Below, one piece after another: positions 33,242 through 41,131 of a stretch of DNA of 41,131 nt. Under the pieces are notes generated by a model. That model was not told the DNA's origin. It searched no databases and saw only the letters and a list, made by a program, of their open reading frames with translations. Position 1 is the stretch's first letter. The number at the start of each line of letters is the position of its first letter. Where the stretch lies: IMG/VR virus record IMGVR_UViG_3300049137_000252, positions 1-41,131 of that record; one strand, given 5' to 3'. This DNA comes from a virus. Taxonomy: Duplodnaviria; Caudoviricetes. The position numbers and the translations under genes are program-made.

Positions 33242-33907
33242 ATGAAGACCACACTCGCGGAACGCATGCGCCTGGCGCTGGCTGGCCCGCCTAAAAAGAC
33301 CCAGACGGCTCTTGCTGCTGCGTGCGGCGTGAAACCGCCATCGGTCAACGGCTGGGTTTCTGGGGAATCGAAGACTATCGAGGGAGCGAACCTGTTGAAG
33401 GCTGCCGCCTTCCTCGGCGTGTCGGCCAAGTGGCTCGCCGAAGGCGTGGGCCCTATGCGTGGAGATGACGCGCCACCGCCGGATAGCGAGTTCGTCGAAG
33501 TGCATCGAGCTGACGTGAAGTTCTCAAATGGCACCGGCCAGATCGTCTACCACGTCGAGGACATGCCTCCCTTGTCATTCCGGGCCGACTTCCTGCGAAA
33601 GATGGGCATTCCTGCAGGAAAGGCTGTGGTTGTTGATGCCGTCGGCAACAGCAACGAGGGCAAGATTCAGGACGGATCGGTCGTGTTGGTCAACACGGCA
33701 GACAAGGCCAACTTGAACGGAGATTTTTTCGCGTTTCGCGTTGATGGTGAGCTGCTCATCAAGCGCCTGAACCGAGTGCCCGGCGTAGGCGTTGTTGCGA
33801 CCGCAGAGAACCCCAACTTCTCCCCAAAGGTGAAGGTGTACCCTGAAACATCAGAGATCGATTTCGAGGTCCTAGGGCGCGCGCTTTGGACCGGATCGAT
33901 GCTTTAG
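33242..33907 (+). CDS. cI: CI-like repressor (XRE HTH plus S24 peptidase)
   Basis: TQTALAAACGVKPPSVNGW HTH; GNS (catalytic Ser) and IKRL (catalytic Lys). Confidence 0.92.
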   Translation: MKTTLAERMRLALAGPPKKTQTALAAACGVKPPSVNGWVSGESKTIEGANLLKAAAFLGVSAKWLAEGVGPMRGDDAPPPDSEFVEVHRADVKFSNGTGQIVYHVEDMPPLSFRADFLRKMGIPAGKAVVVDAVGNSNEGKIQDGSVVLVNTADKANLNGDFFAFRVDGELLIKRLNRVPGVGVVATAENPNFSPKVKVYPETSEIDFEVLGRALWTGSML

Positions 33908-33923
33908 ACGGAACCGAGCTCAG

Positions 33924-33946
33924 AGCCCGCACTAGGCGGGCTTTTT
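33924..33946 (+). terminator. Rho-independent terminator after cI
   Basis: AGCCCGC-ACTAG-GCGGGCT followed by TTTT. Confidence 0.85.
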
Positions 33947-33966
33947 CTTAGCTCGCCATAAATAAT

Positions 33967-34007
33967 TAGGCATGCCTATTGACAGGCATGTAAGGCATGC
34001 CTAATAT
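33967..34007 (+). promoter_or_regulatory. OL/PL-type promoter with two operators
   Basis: TTGACA(33979)-N17-TAATAT(34002); perfect palindrome TAGGCATGCCTA at 33967 and AAGGCATGCCTA at 33992. Confidence 0.88.
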
Positions 34008-34046
34008 TCATCTCACGTGCCGCATCCCGCGGCAGTTGGAGATGAG

Positions 34047-34244
34047 ATGGCGAATGCTTCGCACCGCAGCTACCGCTGCTTCTACACCCCCAAGGACCGC
34101 CTCGGTCACTTGTCCCCTTCGGACACCGGCGCCCAGCCCTTCGTGCAGCTGAAGGCTGAGAACGCCGAAGCCGCTTTCGTCAGCGCGCACCACGTCACCG
34201 GCTGCCCGGTCTCCGACGTCGAGCGCATCGAACACGCCGCCTGA
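34047..34244 (+). CDS. Hypothetical early protein
   Basis: GGAGA RBS; first gene after PL. Confidence 0.7.
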   Translation: MANASHRSYRCFYTPKDRLGHLSPSDTGAQPFVQLKAENAEAAFVSAHHVTGCPVSDVERIEHAA

Positions 34245-34254
34245 GGCCTGAGCC

Positions 34255-34611
34255 ATGAAGGCCCCGAGCAAAAAAGCGCGCGTGGTGCTCGCGCCGATGT
34301 CGGTAACGGCAGCGGAACTGTTGCATCGCCTGCAGCAGGAAGCCGCCGACGCCGTCGCACCAGCGCCAGGCACCGTGACCCTGCAGCCAATGGGCGCGCT
34401 CAGCCCCTCGAGTGCGTGCGACGGGACGTATCTCGCTGCCTATGACGCGAGCCACTCCAGCTCGGTCACGCTGATGCATCACCACGGTCGCCAGAGCCTG
34501 CCCAGGTGGAGTGGCGTCGAAGTGCGCCGCGACCCGGACGGCCGGCGTTGGGAGCGCAGCTTCCGGGCAGTCGTCGATGACTTCGGCACGCTGGTCGAGG
34601 TGCACCTGTGA
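34255..34611 (+). CDS. Hypothetical early protein
   Basis: Operon packing. Confidence 0.6.
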   Translation: MKAPSKKARVVLAPMSVTAAELLHRLQQEAADAVAPAPGTVTLQPMGALSPSSACDGTYLAAYDASHSSSVTLMHHHGRQSLPRWSGVEVRRDPDGRRWERSFRAVVDDFGTLVEVHL

Positions 34612-34823
34612 AGCCCGCTCTCCGTCTCTGCACGGCAGCCGGCTCGCGCGTCATCACGCGCCGCGCCGCGGCCGGCATGCTGCGCGCCGCGCGCATGCTG
34701 CAGGAGCGCCGCATCGGGTACAGCGTGGCCTACAGCCGCCGCGCGGGCATCGTGCGCGGCGAGGGCCCGCGCGGCGACTGGCAGATCGAACACGTTCGAG
34801 GTGCAGCATGCACGCGCTGCTGA
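34608..34823 (+). CDS. Hypothetical early protein
   Basis: GTGA overlap, GAGG RBS. Confidence 0.6.
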   Translation: MKPALRLCTAAGSRVITRRAAAGMLRAARMLQERRIGYSVAYSRRAGIVRGEGPRGDWQIEHVRGAACTRC

Positions 34824-34945
34824 TGCTCGATACCGAGCTGTTCCTCGAAGCATGCGAGGTGCAGGAACTCGACGGCGAAGTCGCACAGCAGGCCGTTGCC
34901 GATGTGCTCGCGGGCGAAGACCTCGCGCTGGAGCAAGCGCCGTGA
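34808..34945 (+). CDS. Small acidic hypothetical protein
   Basis: GAGGTG RBS; coupled to its neighbours. Confidence 0.5.
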   Translation: MHALLMLDTELFLEACEVQELDGEVAQQAVADVLAGEDLALEQAP

Positions 34946-35064
34946 GAACGTCGCCCGTCCGGCACGCGCCCAGCGCCCTCAAGACCGCCGCGATGTTCGC
35001 GACGCCCTTCATCATGGCCGCCGTGGGCGCGGCCATGCTCGTGCACGGGTGGTGCGCACCATGA
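34942..35064 (+). CDS. Small membrane peptide
   Basis: GGAG RBS, GTGA overlap, hydrophobic C-terminus. Confidence 0.5.
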   Translation: MRTSPVRHAPSALKTAAMFATPFIMAAVGAAMLVHGWCAP

Positions 35065-35234
35065 TCGTCATCGTTCGCCCCACTCGCCCGCGCCGCCCGC
35101 GGATCGACGTGCCAGCCGGCCCCATTGGCGGGCTGACCGATCCTCGCTTCGTCTACCGGCGCAGCGAGTCCACCGACATCCGCAAGACCTTTCGCCGCGT
35201 GCGCGCTGAGCAGAAGAACGGAGAGCGGCTGTGA
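35061..35234 (+). CDS. Small basic hypothetical protein
   Basis: ATGA overlap; DPRFVY...STDIRKTF. Confidence 0.6.
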   Translation: MIVIVRPTRPRRPRIDVPAGPIGGLTDPRFVYRRSESTDIRKTFRRVRAEQKNGERL

Positions 35235-35611
35235 AATCGAGCGGCGTCTTCTTCCTGCGCAGTCGCCCTTCCGCCGTGCGCTTGCAGGCGACGGGCTCGA
35301 CTGGCTGGCTCTTTTCGCTCGGCGAGCGCACCAGCGCCCGTGGCGTGGCGCTGTTCTGTGCGCTCTGGCCCGGGCCTGAAGCCGATCGCTTCGTCGCTGC
35401 GAATCCGAACCTGCGCCCAGGCGACTGCCTGCGCCTCGAGCTGGACCGCCTGCACGCCACCAACAACGAGCTGCGCTGCTACGTCACGCGCTGCGAACTC
35501 GCGCCGCCCCGATGGCCCGAGCCACCCCCTACCGGAGGTGCCGACGGCGCCGGCACTAATGCCGCGCGCACCCATCACGGCGACGCGGGCCATTTTCATC
35601 AACCTCACTGA
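35231..35611 (+). CDS. Hypothetical protein (possibly OB-fold-like)
   Basis: GGAGAG RBS, GTGA overlap, beta-rich. Confidence 0.6.
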   Translation: MKSSGVFFLRSRPSAVRLQATGSTGWLFSLGERTSARGVALFCALWPGPEADRFVAANPNLRPGDCLRLELDRLHATNNELRCYVTRCELAPPRWPEPPPTGGADGAGTNAARTHHGDAGHFHQPH

Positions 35612-35623
35612 ATCTCATACGCA

Positions 35624-36316
35624 ATGCAGCACATCATTGGGCTCACCGGCTTCGCAGGCGCCGGCAAAGACACCGTGGCAGACCTGCTGGGGGCGCACGC
35701 GCGCTTTCGGAAGCTCGCCTTCGCCGACGCGCTGCGCGCCGAGGTGGCCGAGGGCTTCGGCGTGCTCGCGAGCGAACTGGCTGACCCGACCGCCAAGCAC
35801 CGGCCCACCGTGGCGCTGTGTATGCGCCGCGCGCCGCGCGACTTCCTCGCCGCCGTGGTGCTGTCGCTCAGCGTGGCGGCGCCCGACCACTGGACGCCCC
35901 TCAGCAACGAATGGCTGGACGCGCCGCGCGCGCCGCGGCAGATCCTCCAATGGTGGGGGACGGAGTACCGCCGCGCCCAGCACGATCGCTACTGGACCCG
36001 CATCATGGCCTCGCGGCTGGTCGCCTACCAGCGCGACGGCGAAACGCGCTTCGTCATCACCGACGTGCGCTTCGACAACGAGGCCGACACGGTGCGCGCC
36101 GCGGGCGGCACGCTCTGGCAGGTGACGCGCCCTGGCTGCGACGGGCGCGCCGAGGGCGCGCATGTCAGCGCCAGCGACGGCAGCCGCTTCAAGCCCGAGG
36201 TTGTCATTGCCAACCTTCACGACGTGCGCCACCTGCAGGGCGTCGTGCTGGCCGAGTTCGTCGCGCGCGACCTCGACCTCGATCCCTCCCGCGTGAAGCT
36301 GACCGTGAGCGCATGA
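35624..36316 (+). CDS. Deoxynucleoside monophosphate kinase (T4 gp1-like)
   Basis: IIGLTGFAGAGKDT P-loop, FADALR, RQILQWWGTE, VITDVRFDNE. Confidence 0.88.
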   Translation: MQHIIGLTGFAGAGKDTVADLLGAHARFRKLAFADALRAEVAEGFGVLASELADPTAKHRPTVALCMRRAPRDFLAAVVLSLSVAAPDHWTPLSNEWLDAPRAPRQILQWWGTEYRRAQHDRYWTRIMASRLVAYQRDGETRFVITDVRFDNEADTVRAAGGTLWQVTRPGCDGRAEGAHVSASDGSRFKPEVVIANLHDVRHLQGVVLAEFVARDLDLDPSRVKLTVSA

Positions 36317-36786
36317 CCATGATGCCGTCCGTCCTCAACGATGAACTGGCGGCCGTGCTACGCACGGTTGCGCAGGCCGACCTCTGCGAGCCCTCGAACA
36401 TCGCCAAGACCCACGGCCGCGCAGTGGCCGAGCAGCTCGACCAACTGCACGCCGCCGGCCTGGTCATGCGCCAGGGCGCTCGGCGCCCGGATCGCACGCG
36501 CACCACGCTCTACAGCATCAGCGCGACCGGGCGCGAGCGGCTTCACGCCTTCGAGGCAGGGTTTCGGCTCCGCATCAAGGCCAGCAGCCGCGTGCCGGCC
36601 GTAGCGGCCCCACGCACCGCCCACCTGACGACGCGGGGTCTGTACACCGGCGCCGAACTGCGCCCCTACGACGGCCGCCCGGGAGCCATGGACGCCTTCG
36701 CGCTGCCCAGCCGCATGGGCAGCCGCCTGCACTACCGATCCGGCGAAGTCGTCGAGGCAAAAGCGCTGGGAGGCGCGACGCAATGA
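36313..36786 (+). CDS. Winged-helix-like hypothetical protein
   Basis: LDQLHAAGLV...LYSISATGR wing motif; ATGA overlap. Confidence 0.65.
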   Translation: MTMMPSVLNDELAAVLRTVAQADLCEPSNIAKTHGRAVAEQLDQLHAAGLVMRQGARRPDRTRTTLYSISATGRERLHAFEAGFRLRIKASSRVPAVAAPRTAHLTTRGLYTGAELRPYDGRPGAMDAFALPSRMGSRLHYRSGEVVEAKALGGATQ

Positions 36787-37529
36787 GATTCTTCACAGGC
36801 CTGCACCAGCCCAGCGACGCGCGCCACTTTGATGGCGCCTTCGTGAGCGTAAACCGGCTGCGCTCGCGCAAGGCGTCGATGAATGTAGGCGACTGGATCA
36901 TGGACAGCGGAGCCTTCACCGAGGTTTCGCGTCATGGCGGCTACCGGCAAGACGTCGCAAGTTATGCGGCTGAGATCCGGCGCTGGGCGACGAACGGCTC
37001 TGGTCGGCTGCTCGCTGCGGCCGCCCAGGACTTCATGTGCGAGCCGTTCATCATCAAGATCACCGGCCTGTCGGTCGAGGAGCATCAGCGACTAACCGTC
37101 GAGCGCTACGACGCGTTGCGCGCCGAAGACACGGCAGGCGTCTACATACTGCCGGTGGTGCAGGGGTTCGATCCGACCGACTACGTGCGCCACATCGCGA
37201 TGTATGGCGATCGGCTGCAGCACGGCGCATGGGTCGGCGTCGGCTCGGTCTGCAAGCGCAACGGCTCGCCGGATCAGGTCGCGGCAGTGCTGATGGCGGT
37301 CAAGCAAGCGCGTCCCGACCTGCTGCTGCACGGCTTCGGCCTCAAGACCACGGCGCTGGCGCACCCATTCGTGCGCTCGATGTTGCATTCCGCCGACTCG
37401 ATGGCCTGGAGCTTTGCAGCTCGCAAACAGGGCCGCAACGCGAACGACTGGCGCGAGGCCGCCCGCTGGACCGCCGCGATCGAGAGCCGCCCCGTGCAGC
37501 ACATGCTCGCGCTGGAGGCCACGGCATGA
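36783..37529 (+). CDS. TGT/DpdA-like base transglycosylase (queuine tRNA-ribosyltransferase fold)
   Basis: IMDSGAF, QDFMCEP, PVVQG, GVGSVC, LHGFG, SADSMAW motifs. Confidence 0.8.
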   Translation: MRFFTGLHQPSDARHFDGAFVSVNRLRSRKASMNVGDWIMDSGAFTEVSRHGGYRQDVASYAAEIRRWATNGSGRLLAAAAQDFMCEPFIIKITGLSVEEHQRLTVERYDALRAEDTAGVYILPVVQGFDPTDYVRHIAMYGDRLQHGAWVGVGSVCKRNGSPDQVAAVLMAVKQARPDLLLHGFGLKTTALAHPFVRSMLHSADSMAWSFAARKQGRNANDWREAARWTAAIESRPVQHMLALEATA

Positions 37530-38053
37530 CGGTCGCCATCCTCTTCGCCCGCCAGGACAGCATCTACAAGACGCTGCCCGACTGCGACGTGTGGGACATC
37601 GATCGCGACGCCCGGCGGTGGCCCGGCGGTGGCCCGGCGGTGGCGCATCCGCCGTGCCGCGCCTGGGGCCGCTACGCGCACGTCGCGAAGCCGCGGCCTG
37701 ACGAGAAGGCGCTCGCCCCTTGGGCCATGGAGCAGGTCCGCAAGCATGGCGGCGTGCTCGAGCATCCGATCACGTCGCGCCTGTGGGCGCACTGCGGCTG
37801 CCTGGGCTACGGCGTGCGCGACCAGTGGGGCGGTGTGCTGCTGCCTGTGCATCAGTCGTGGTGGGGCCATCGGGCTCCGAAGCCGACCGGCATCTACATC
37901 GCGGGCCCCGCCCCCGACCTCCCATTCGATCCCGTCCTCGCCGCGGGGCGCATCGAGAACATGTGCCACGCCGAACGCGAGAAGACGCCAGAGCCGTTCG
38001 CTCGCTGGCTCGTTGACCTTGCACGCCGGTGCGAAAGGACGGTGACGGCATGA
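37526..38053 (+). CDS. C5-cytosine methyltransferase-like protein (atypical, short)
   Basis: AHPPC (motif IV), VLEHP (VI), QSWWGH...KPT (VIII); no FxGxG motif I visible. Confidence 0.65.
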   Translation: MTVAILFARQDSIYKTLPDCDVWDIDRDARRWPGGGPAVAHPPCRAWGRYAHVAKPRPDEKALAPWAMEQVRKHGGVLEHPITSRLWAHCGCLGYGVRDQWGGVLLPVHQSWWGHRAPKPTGIYIAGPAPDLPFDPVLAAGRIENMCHAEREKTPEPFARWLVDLARRCERTVTA

Positions 38054-38379
38054 AGCTCTACATCGCAGGCCCCATGACCGGGCTGCCCGACCTCAACTTT
38101 CCGGTGTTCCATCGGGCGGCGGCACTTCTGCGCGCCGCCGGCCATACGGTGGCCAACCCGGCCGAGATCAACCCCGACCCCGGCGCGCAGTGGCAGGCGT
38201 GCATGTTCCGCGACCTCGAAGAACTCGACACGTGCGACGGTATCTTGATGCTGCCGGGCTGGGAGAACTCGCCGGGCGCTCAGATCGAGCGGCTGTGGGC
38301 GAAGCGCACCGGCAAGACCATCCTCAATGCTTCGATGCTGAATTGCATCGAGGTGCAGCTGAACGAGGCATCCGCGTGA
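38050..38379 (+). CDS. DUF4406 / NDT-fold protein
   Basis: LYIAGPMTG..DLNFP.F, NPAE, CDGILMLPGWENSPGA.IE. Confidence 0.85.
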   Translation: MKLYIAGPMTGLPDLNFPVFHRAAALLRAAGHTVANPAEINPDPGAQWQACMFRDLEELDTCDGILMLPGWENSPGAQIERLWAKRTGKTILNASMLNCIEVQLNEASA

Positions 38380-39362
38380 GCACGAAGCACGTTGTTTCCG
38401 TCTCTGGCGGCAAGGACAGCCTGGCCACACTGCTGATCGCCATTGCGCGTTGCGGCATCGAGAACGTCATCGCGATCTTTTGCGACACCGGCAACGAGCA
38501 CGACGACACCTACGCCTACCTCGACTACCTTGAGGCACGGCTGGGCATCAAGATCGTGCGGCTCAAGGCAGACTTCACGCCCCAGCTGGCGGCCAAGCGC
38601 ATGTTCATCGCGCGCGACGTGCGCACGGGCCGCGACAAGCACGGCCGGCGCCTGCGCTGGTCGAATAAGGCCAAACGCCGCGCGCTGGCCGTGATGTACC
38701 CGAGCGGCAATCCCTTCCTGGACCTGTGCATGTGGAAGGGTCGCTTTCCCTCGCGCAAGGCGCAGTTCTGCACCGAAGAGCTGAAGCGCAACATGGCGGT
38801 GGGCTTCCAGCTCGACCTGATGGAGGCCGGCCACAACGTCATCTCGTGGCAAGGCATCCGGCGCGACGAGTCACAGAACCGGGCCAACGCGAAGAAGTGG
38901 GAGCGCGTCGGCCGCGGGCTGTGGATCGCTCGTCCGATCGTCGATAACACCGCAGAGGAAGTCTTCGCCTTCTCCGCATCGCACGGAGTCAAGCCCAACC
39001 CGCTGTACCTGCAGGACATGAACCGCGTCGGCTGCATGCCGTGCATCAACTGCAGCAAGGGCGAACTGCGCGCCATTGCCGCGCGCTTTCCTGAGCACCC
39101 CGCACGAATCGCCGAGTGGGAGCTGATCGTCAGCGCGTGCAGCAAACGCGGCTTCTCGACGTTCATGGCAGACGCGCACCAGGCCAAGGACCGCCGCGTG
39201 ATCTTCGCCGATCTCAACATCTGGGCGCGCATCGAATGGTCGAAGACCAGCCGCGGTGGCAAGCAGTTCAACCTGCTAGATGAGCAGGAAAACGAGGGCG
39301 GGGGCTGCAGCTCCAGCTATGGCCTGTGCGACCAAGGTGCCCCCATTCTGGAGACCGCATGA
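38376..39362 (+). CDS. PAPS reductase-family (PP-loop) protein
   Basis: SVSGGKDS, DTGNE, CTEELK, GIRRDES, RVGCMPC, C-terminal CSSSYGLC. Confidence 0.9.
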   Translation: MSTKHVVSVSGGKDSLATLLIAIARCGIENVIAIFCDTGNEHDDTYAYLDYLEARLGIKIVRLKADFTPQLAAKRMFIARDVRTGRDKHGRRLRWSNKAKRRALAVMYPSGNPFLDLCMWKGRFPSRKAQFCTEELKRNMAVGFQLDLMEAGHNVISWQGIRRDESQNRANAKKWERVGRGLWIARPIVDNTAEEVFAFSASHGVKPNPLYLQDMNRVGCMPCINCSKGELRAIAARFPEHPARIAEWELIVSACSKRGFSTFMADAHQAKDRRVIFADLNIWARIEWSKTSRGGKQFNLLDEQENEGGGCSSSYGLCDQGAPILETA

Positions 39363-39802
39363 AGCGCCGAGTGAAGAACCTCACCAGCTGGGCCGAGATG
39401 ATCGCCGCGCGCCAGCCCATGGCGCGGTCCGTTGCCGACGACGTCATGGCGAAGCTCTACAGCGCCTTCGGCGACCTGAAGGCCGGCAGCACCGACGACG
39501 AGTTGTTCGACCGCATGGCAGCCGCCATCAACGTAGGCATCGTGCGCGCTGAGCAGATCGCGCCGGCGTGCGTCTCGCCGATGCTGGCCGCGCGCGACGC
39601 GCTCATCCGATGCGATGACATTCGCGGCCGCCATGGCCGCTACGGCTTCGACGGCCCTGGACTGCTGGCGATGGCTGCAGGCCTCGAGGTCTACGAGGAA
39701 ATGGTGCGCAACAGCACCCCACAACAAATGCGCGAGGCCATGACGGCATCGATCGCGCGCATGCGCCGCCAAGCGGCGGCAGAACACCGGCTCCAATCAT
39801 GA
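39359..39802 (+). CDS. Hypothetical phage protein
   Basis: GGAG RBS, ATGA overlap. Confidence 0.7.
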   Translation: MKRRVKNLTSWAEMIAARQPMARSVADDVMAKLYSAFGDLKAGSTDDELFDRMAAAINVGIVRAEQIAPACVSPMLAARDALIRCDDIRGRHGRYGFDGPGLLAMAAGLEVYEEMVRNSTPQQMREAMTASIARMRRQAAAEHRLQS

Positions 39803-40065
39803 AGACGATCTTTCTGCTGATGGCGCAATACGACGCCCGCCCGGTCATTCCGCTGGAATGGGTGCAGCGCGACTTCTTCAGCCATCTCGAGGTGAAGAAG
39901 CTCGCGGCGAAGTGCACCACGGGGGAAATCAGGCTGCCCTTAGTGCGGACTGACCCCAGCAGCCAGAAGTCGCCGAAGGGGGTGGGCATCCAAGACCTCG
40001 CCCAGTACCTCGACGATCGACAACATGCGGCGCGAAAAGAGCTGGAACAGCTTCTCCCCAAGTGA
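39799..40065 (+). CDS. Pyocin activator PrtN-family protein (excisionase-like)
   Basis: MKTIFLLMAQY...IPL..V.RDFF...LP......SQKSPKGV...DLAQYLD. Confidence 0.88.
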   Translation: MKTIFLLMAQYDARPVIPLEWVQRDFFSHLEVKKLAAKCTTGEIRLPLVRTDPSSQKSPKGVGIQDLAQYLDDRQHAARKELEQLLPK

Positions 40066-40180
40066 ATCTGCCCGTGCCGCTGCTAGTAAACTTCGATCGC
40101 TCGTCGACGTCTTGACACGCGAGTTCAGACCCTCGAACGCCCGAGCAACTTGAAGCCAAATCCAAAGAAAATATTGACCC

Positions 40181-41131
40181 ATGAGCGCAGAACCAAGACC
40201 TAGGGAATCTGTCGGGGGCCAGTTCACCACACCTCTTCGATATCCCGGCGGCAAGGGGCGTCTGGGTCCCTGGATTGCGGAAATCATGCGTCACAACCGA
40301 ATCTCCGGGGGCTGGTACGTCGAACCGTACGCCGGCGGCGCCGGGGCGGCGCTCTTCTTGCTGACGCAGGGCTACGTCGACCACATCGTCATCAACGATG
40401 CCGACCCGATCGTTCATGCCTTCTGGAAGGCTGCTACCGACTACAACTCCGAACTACTGGCCACAGTCCAGAGAACGCCGGTGACAATGGACACGTGGCA
40501 TCGCCAGCGCGAGATCATCGCTGCGCCTGGAAAATACAACTTGGTCGAGGTCGCCTTCGCCACTTTTTTCCTCAATCGCACCAATCGCTCGGGCATCCTT
40601 TCCGCAGGAGTCATCGGCGGCAAGGCTCAGAGCGGCAACTACAAGCTGGATGCGCGCTACAACGTCGCGGAACTGATGAATCGCATCAAGACGATCGGTG
40701 CATATCGAAGTCGCATGACCGTGCTCGGCATTGACGCCCTTGATCTCTTAACTGATGTGGCGCCTGGCTTCCCCAGGGAGTGCTTGGTCTACCTGGACCC
40801 GCCGTACTACGTCAAAGGCAGCCTGCTGTATCGGAACCACTACCTCCATGACGACCACGCGGCGATTGCGGAGCGAGTCGAGGATGCGACCTATCCCTTG
40901 ATCGTCACCTACGATGATTGCTCCGAAATCCGCCAGCTGTACCGGTCGTTCGAATCCACGAACTTTGAACTGCACTACTCGACGCATTTGGCGCGCCCAC
41001 TCACCAGCGAGGTCTTGTTCTACAAAAACCTAGAACTGCCGTCCGCGCCGGCAATGACTCGCGCGACTCACTTGGCCCAGCAAGCACGCACGAATGGCGC
41101 GATGGCGTCCCAGAAGATGTTGAGCGCCTGA
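40181..41131 (+). CDS. DNA adenine methyltransferase (Dam/D12-like)
   Basis: TPLRYPGGKG, YVEPYAGGAG, IND, FFLNRTNRSG, YLDPPYY. Confidence 0.92.
   Translation: MSAEPRPRESVGGQFTTPLRYPGGKGRLGPWIAEIMRHNRISGGWYVEPYAGGAGAALFLLTQGYVDHIVINDADPIVHAFWKAATDYNSELLATVQRTPVTMDTWHRQREIIAAPGKYNLVEVAFATFFLNRTNRSGILSAGVIGGKAQSGNYKLDARYNVAELMNRIKTIGAYRSRMTVLGIDALDLLTDVAPGFPRECLVYLDPPYYVKGSLLYRNHYLHDDHAAIAERVEDATYPLIVTYDDCSEIRQLYRSFESTNFELHYSTHLARPLTSEVLFYKNLELPSAPAMTRATHLAQQARTNGAMASQKMLSA

Larger units (their letters stand above)
44..41131. mobile_element. Lambdoid siphovirus-type prophage; ends and integrase not in view
   Basis: Ordered lysis, tail, head, terminase, replication, cro/cI and early modules from about 4.4 kb to the window end. 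The left 4.4 kb has prophage-edge-type genes (SRAP, DUF3606, ligase remnant), but its membership is inferred. Confidence 0.93.

Noticed and set aside
1-41131. Integrase, att sites, tRNA/rRNA genes, IS elements
   Set aside because: None recognised by eye; they probably lie outside the window, and short att cores could be missed.

Overview
GC-rich window, almost entirely a lambdoid siphovirus-type prophage; gene content and the pilin leader suggest a Comamonadaceae/Variovorax-like host (inference). Left to right: an accessory region (DUF3606, LexA-boxed SRAP, nucleoside deoxyribosyltransferase, ligase remnant, a type IV pilin with a sigma-54 promoter facing an HTH-Sel1 gene). Then, on the minus strand: lysis, tail, head, packaging (GpA-type terminase with an embedded Mor-like activator), a primase-helicase with an adjacent repeat origin, and cII. 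Then the cro/cI switch with five TAGGCATGCCTA-type operators, and a plus-strand early operon rich in nucleotide/DNA-modification enzymes, ending in PrtN-like and Dam-like genes. No integrase, att site, tRNA or CRISPR array was seen. The most striking unexplained feature is a small ORF translationally coupled to cro. It reproduces 17 of 21 residues of the phage's own large tail protein (IFPDxSExDRAxGRVxLRKLA) with synonymous-site divergence and lies next to two counter-oriented orphan genes, a layout suggesting a tail-sensing or tail-blocking defence module with a self-immunity decoy. All family calls come from motif recognition, not database searches.
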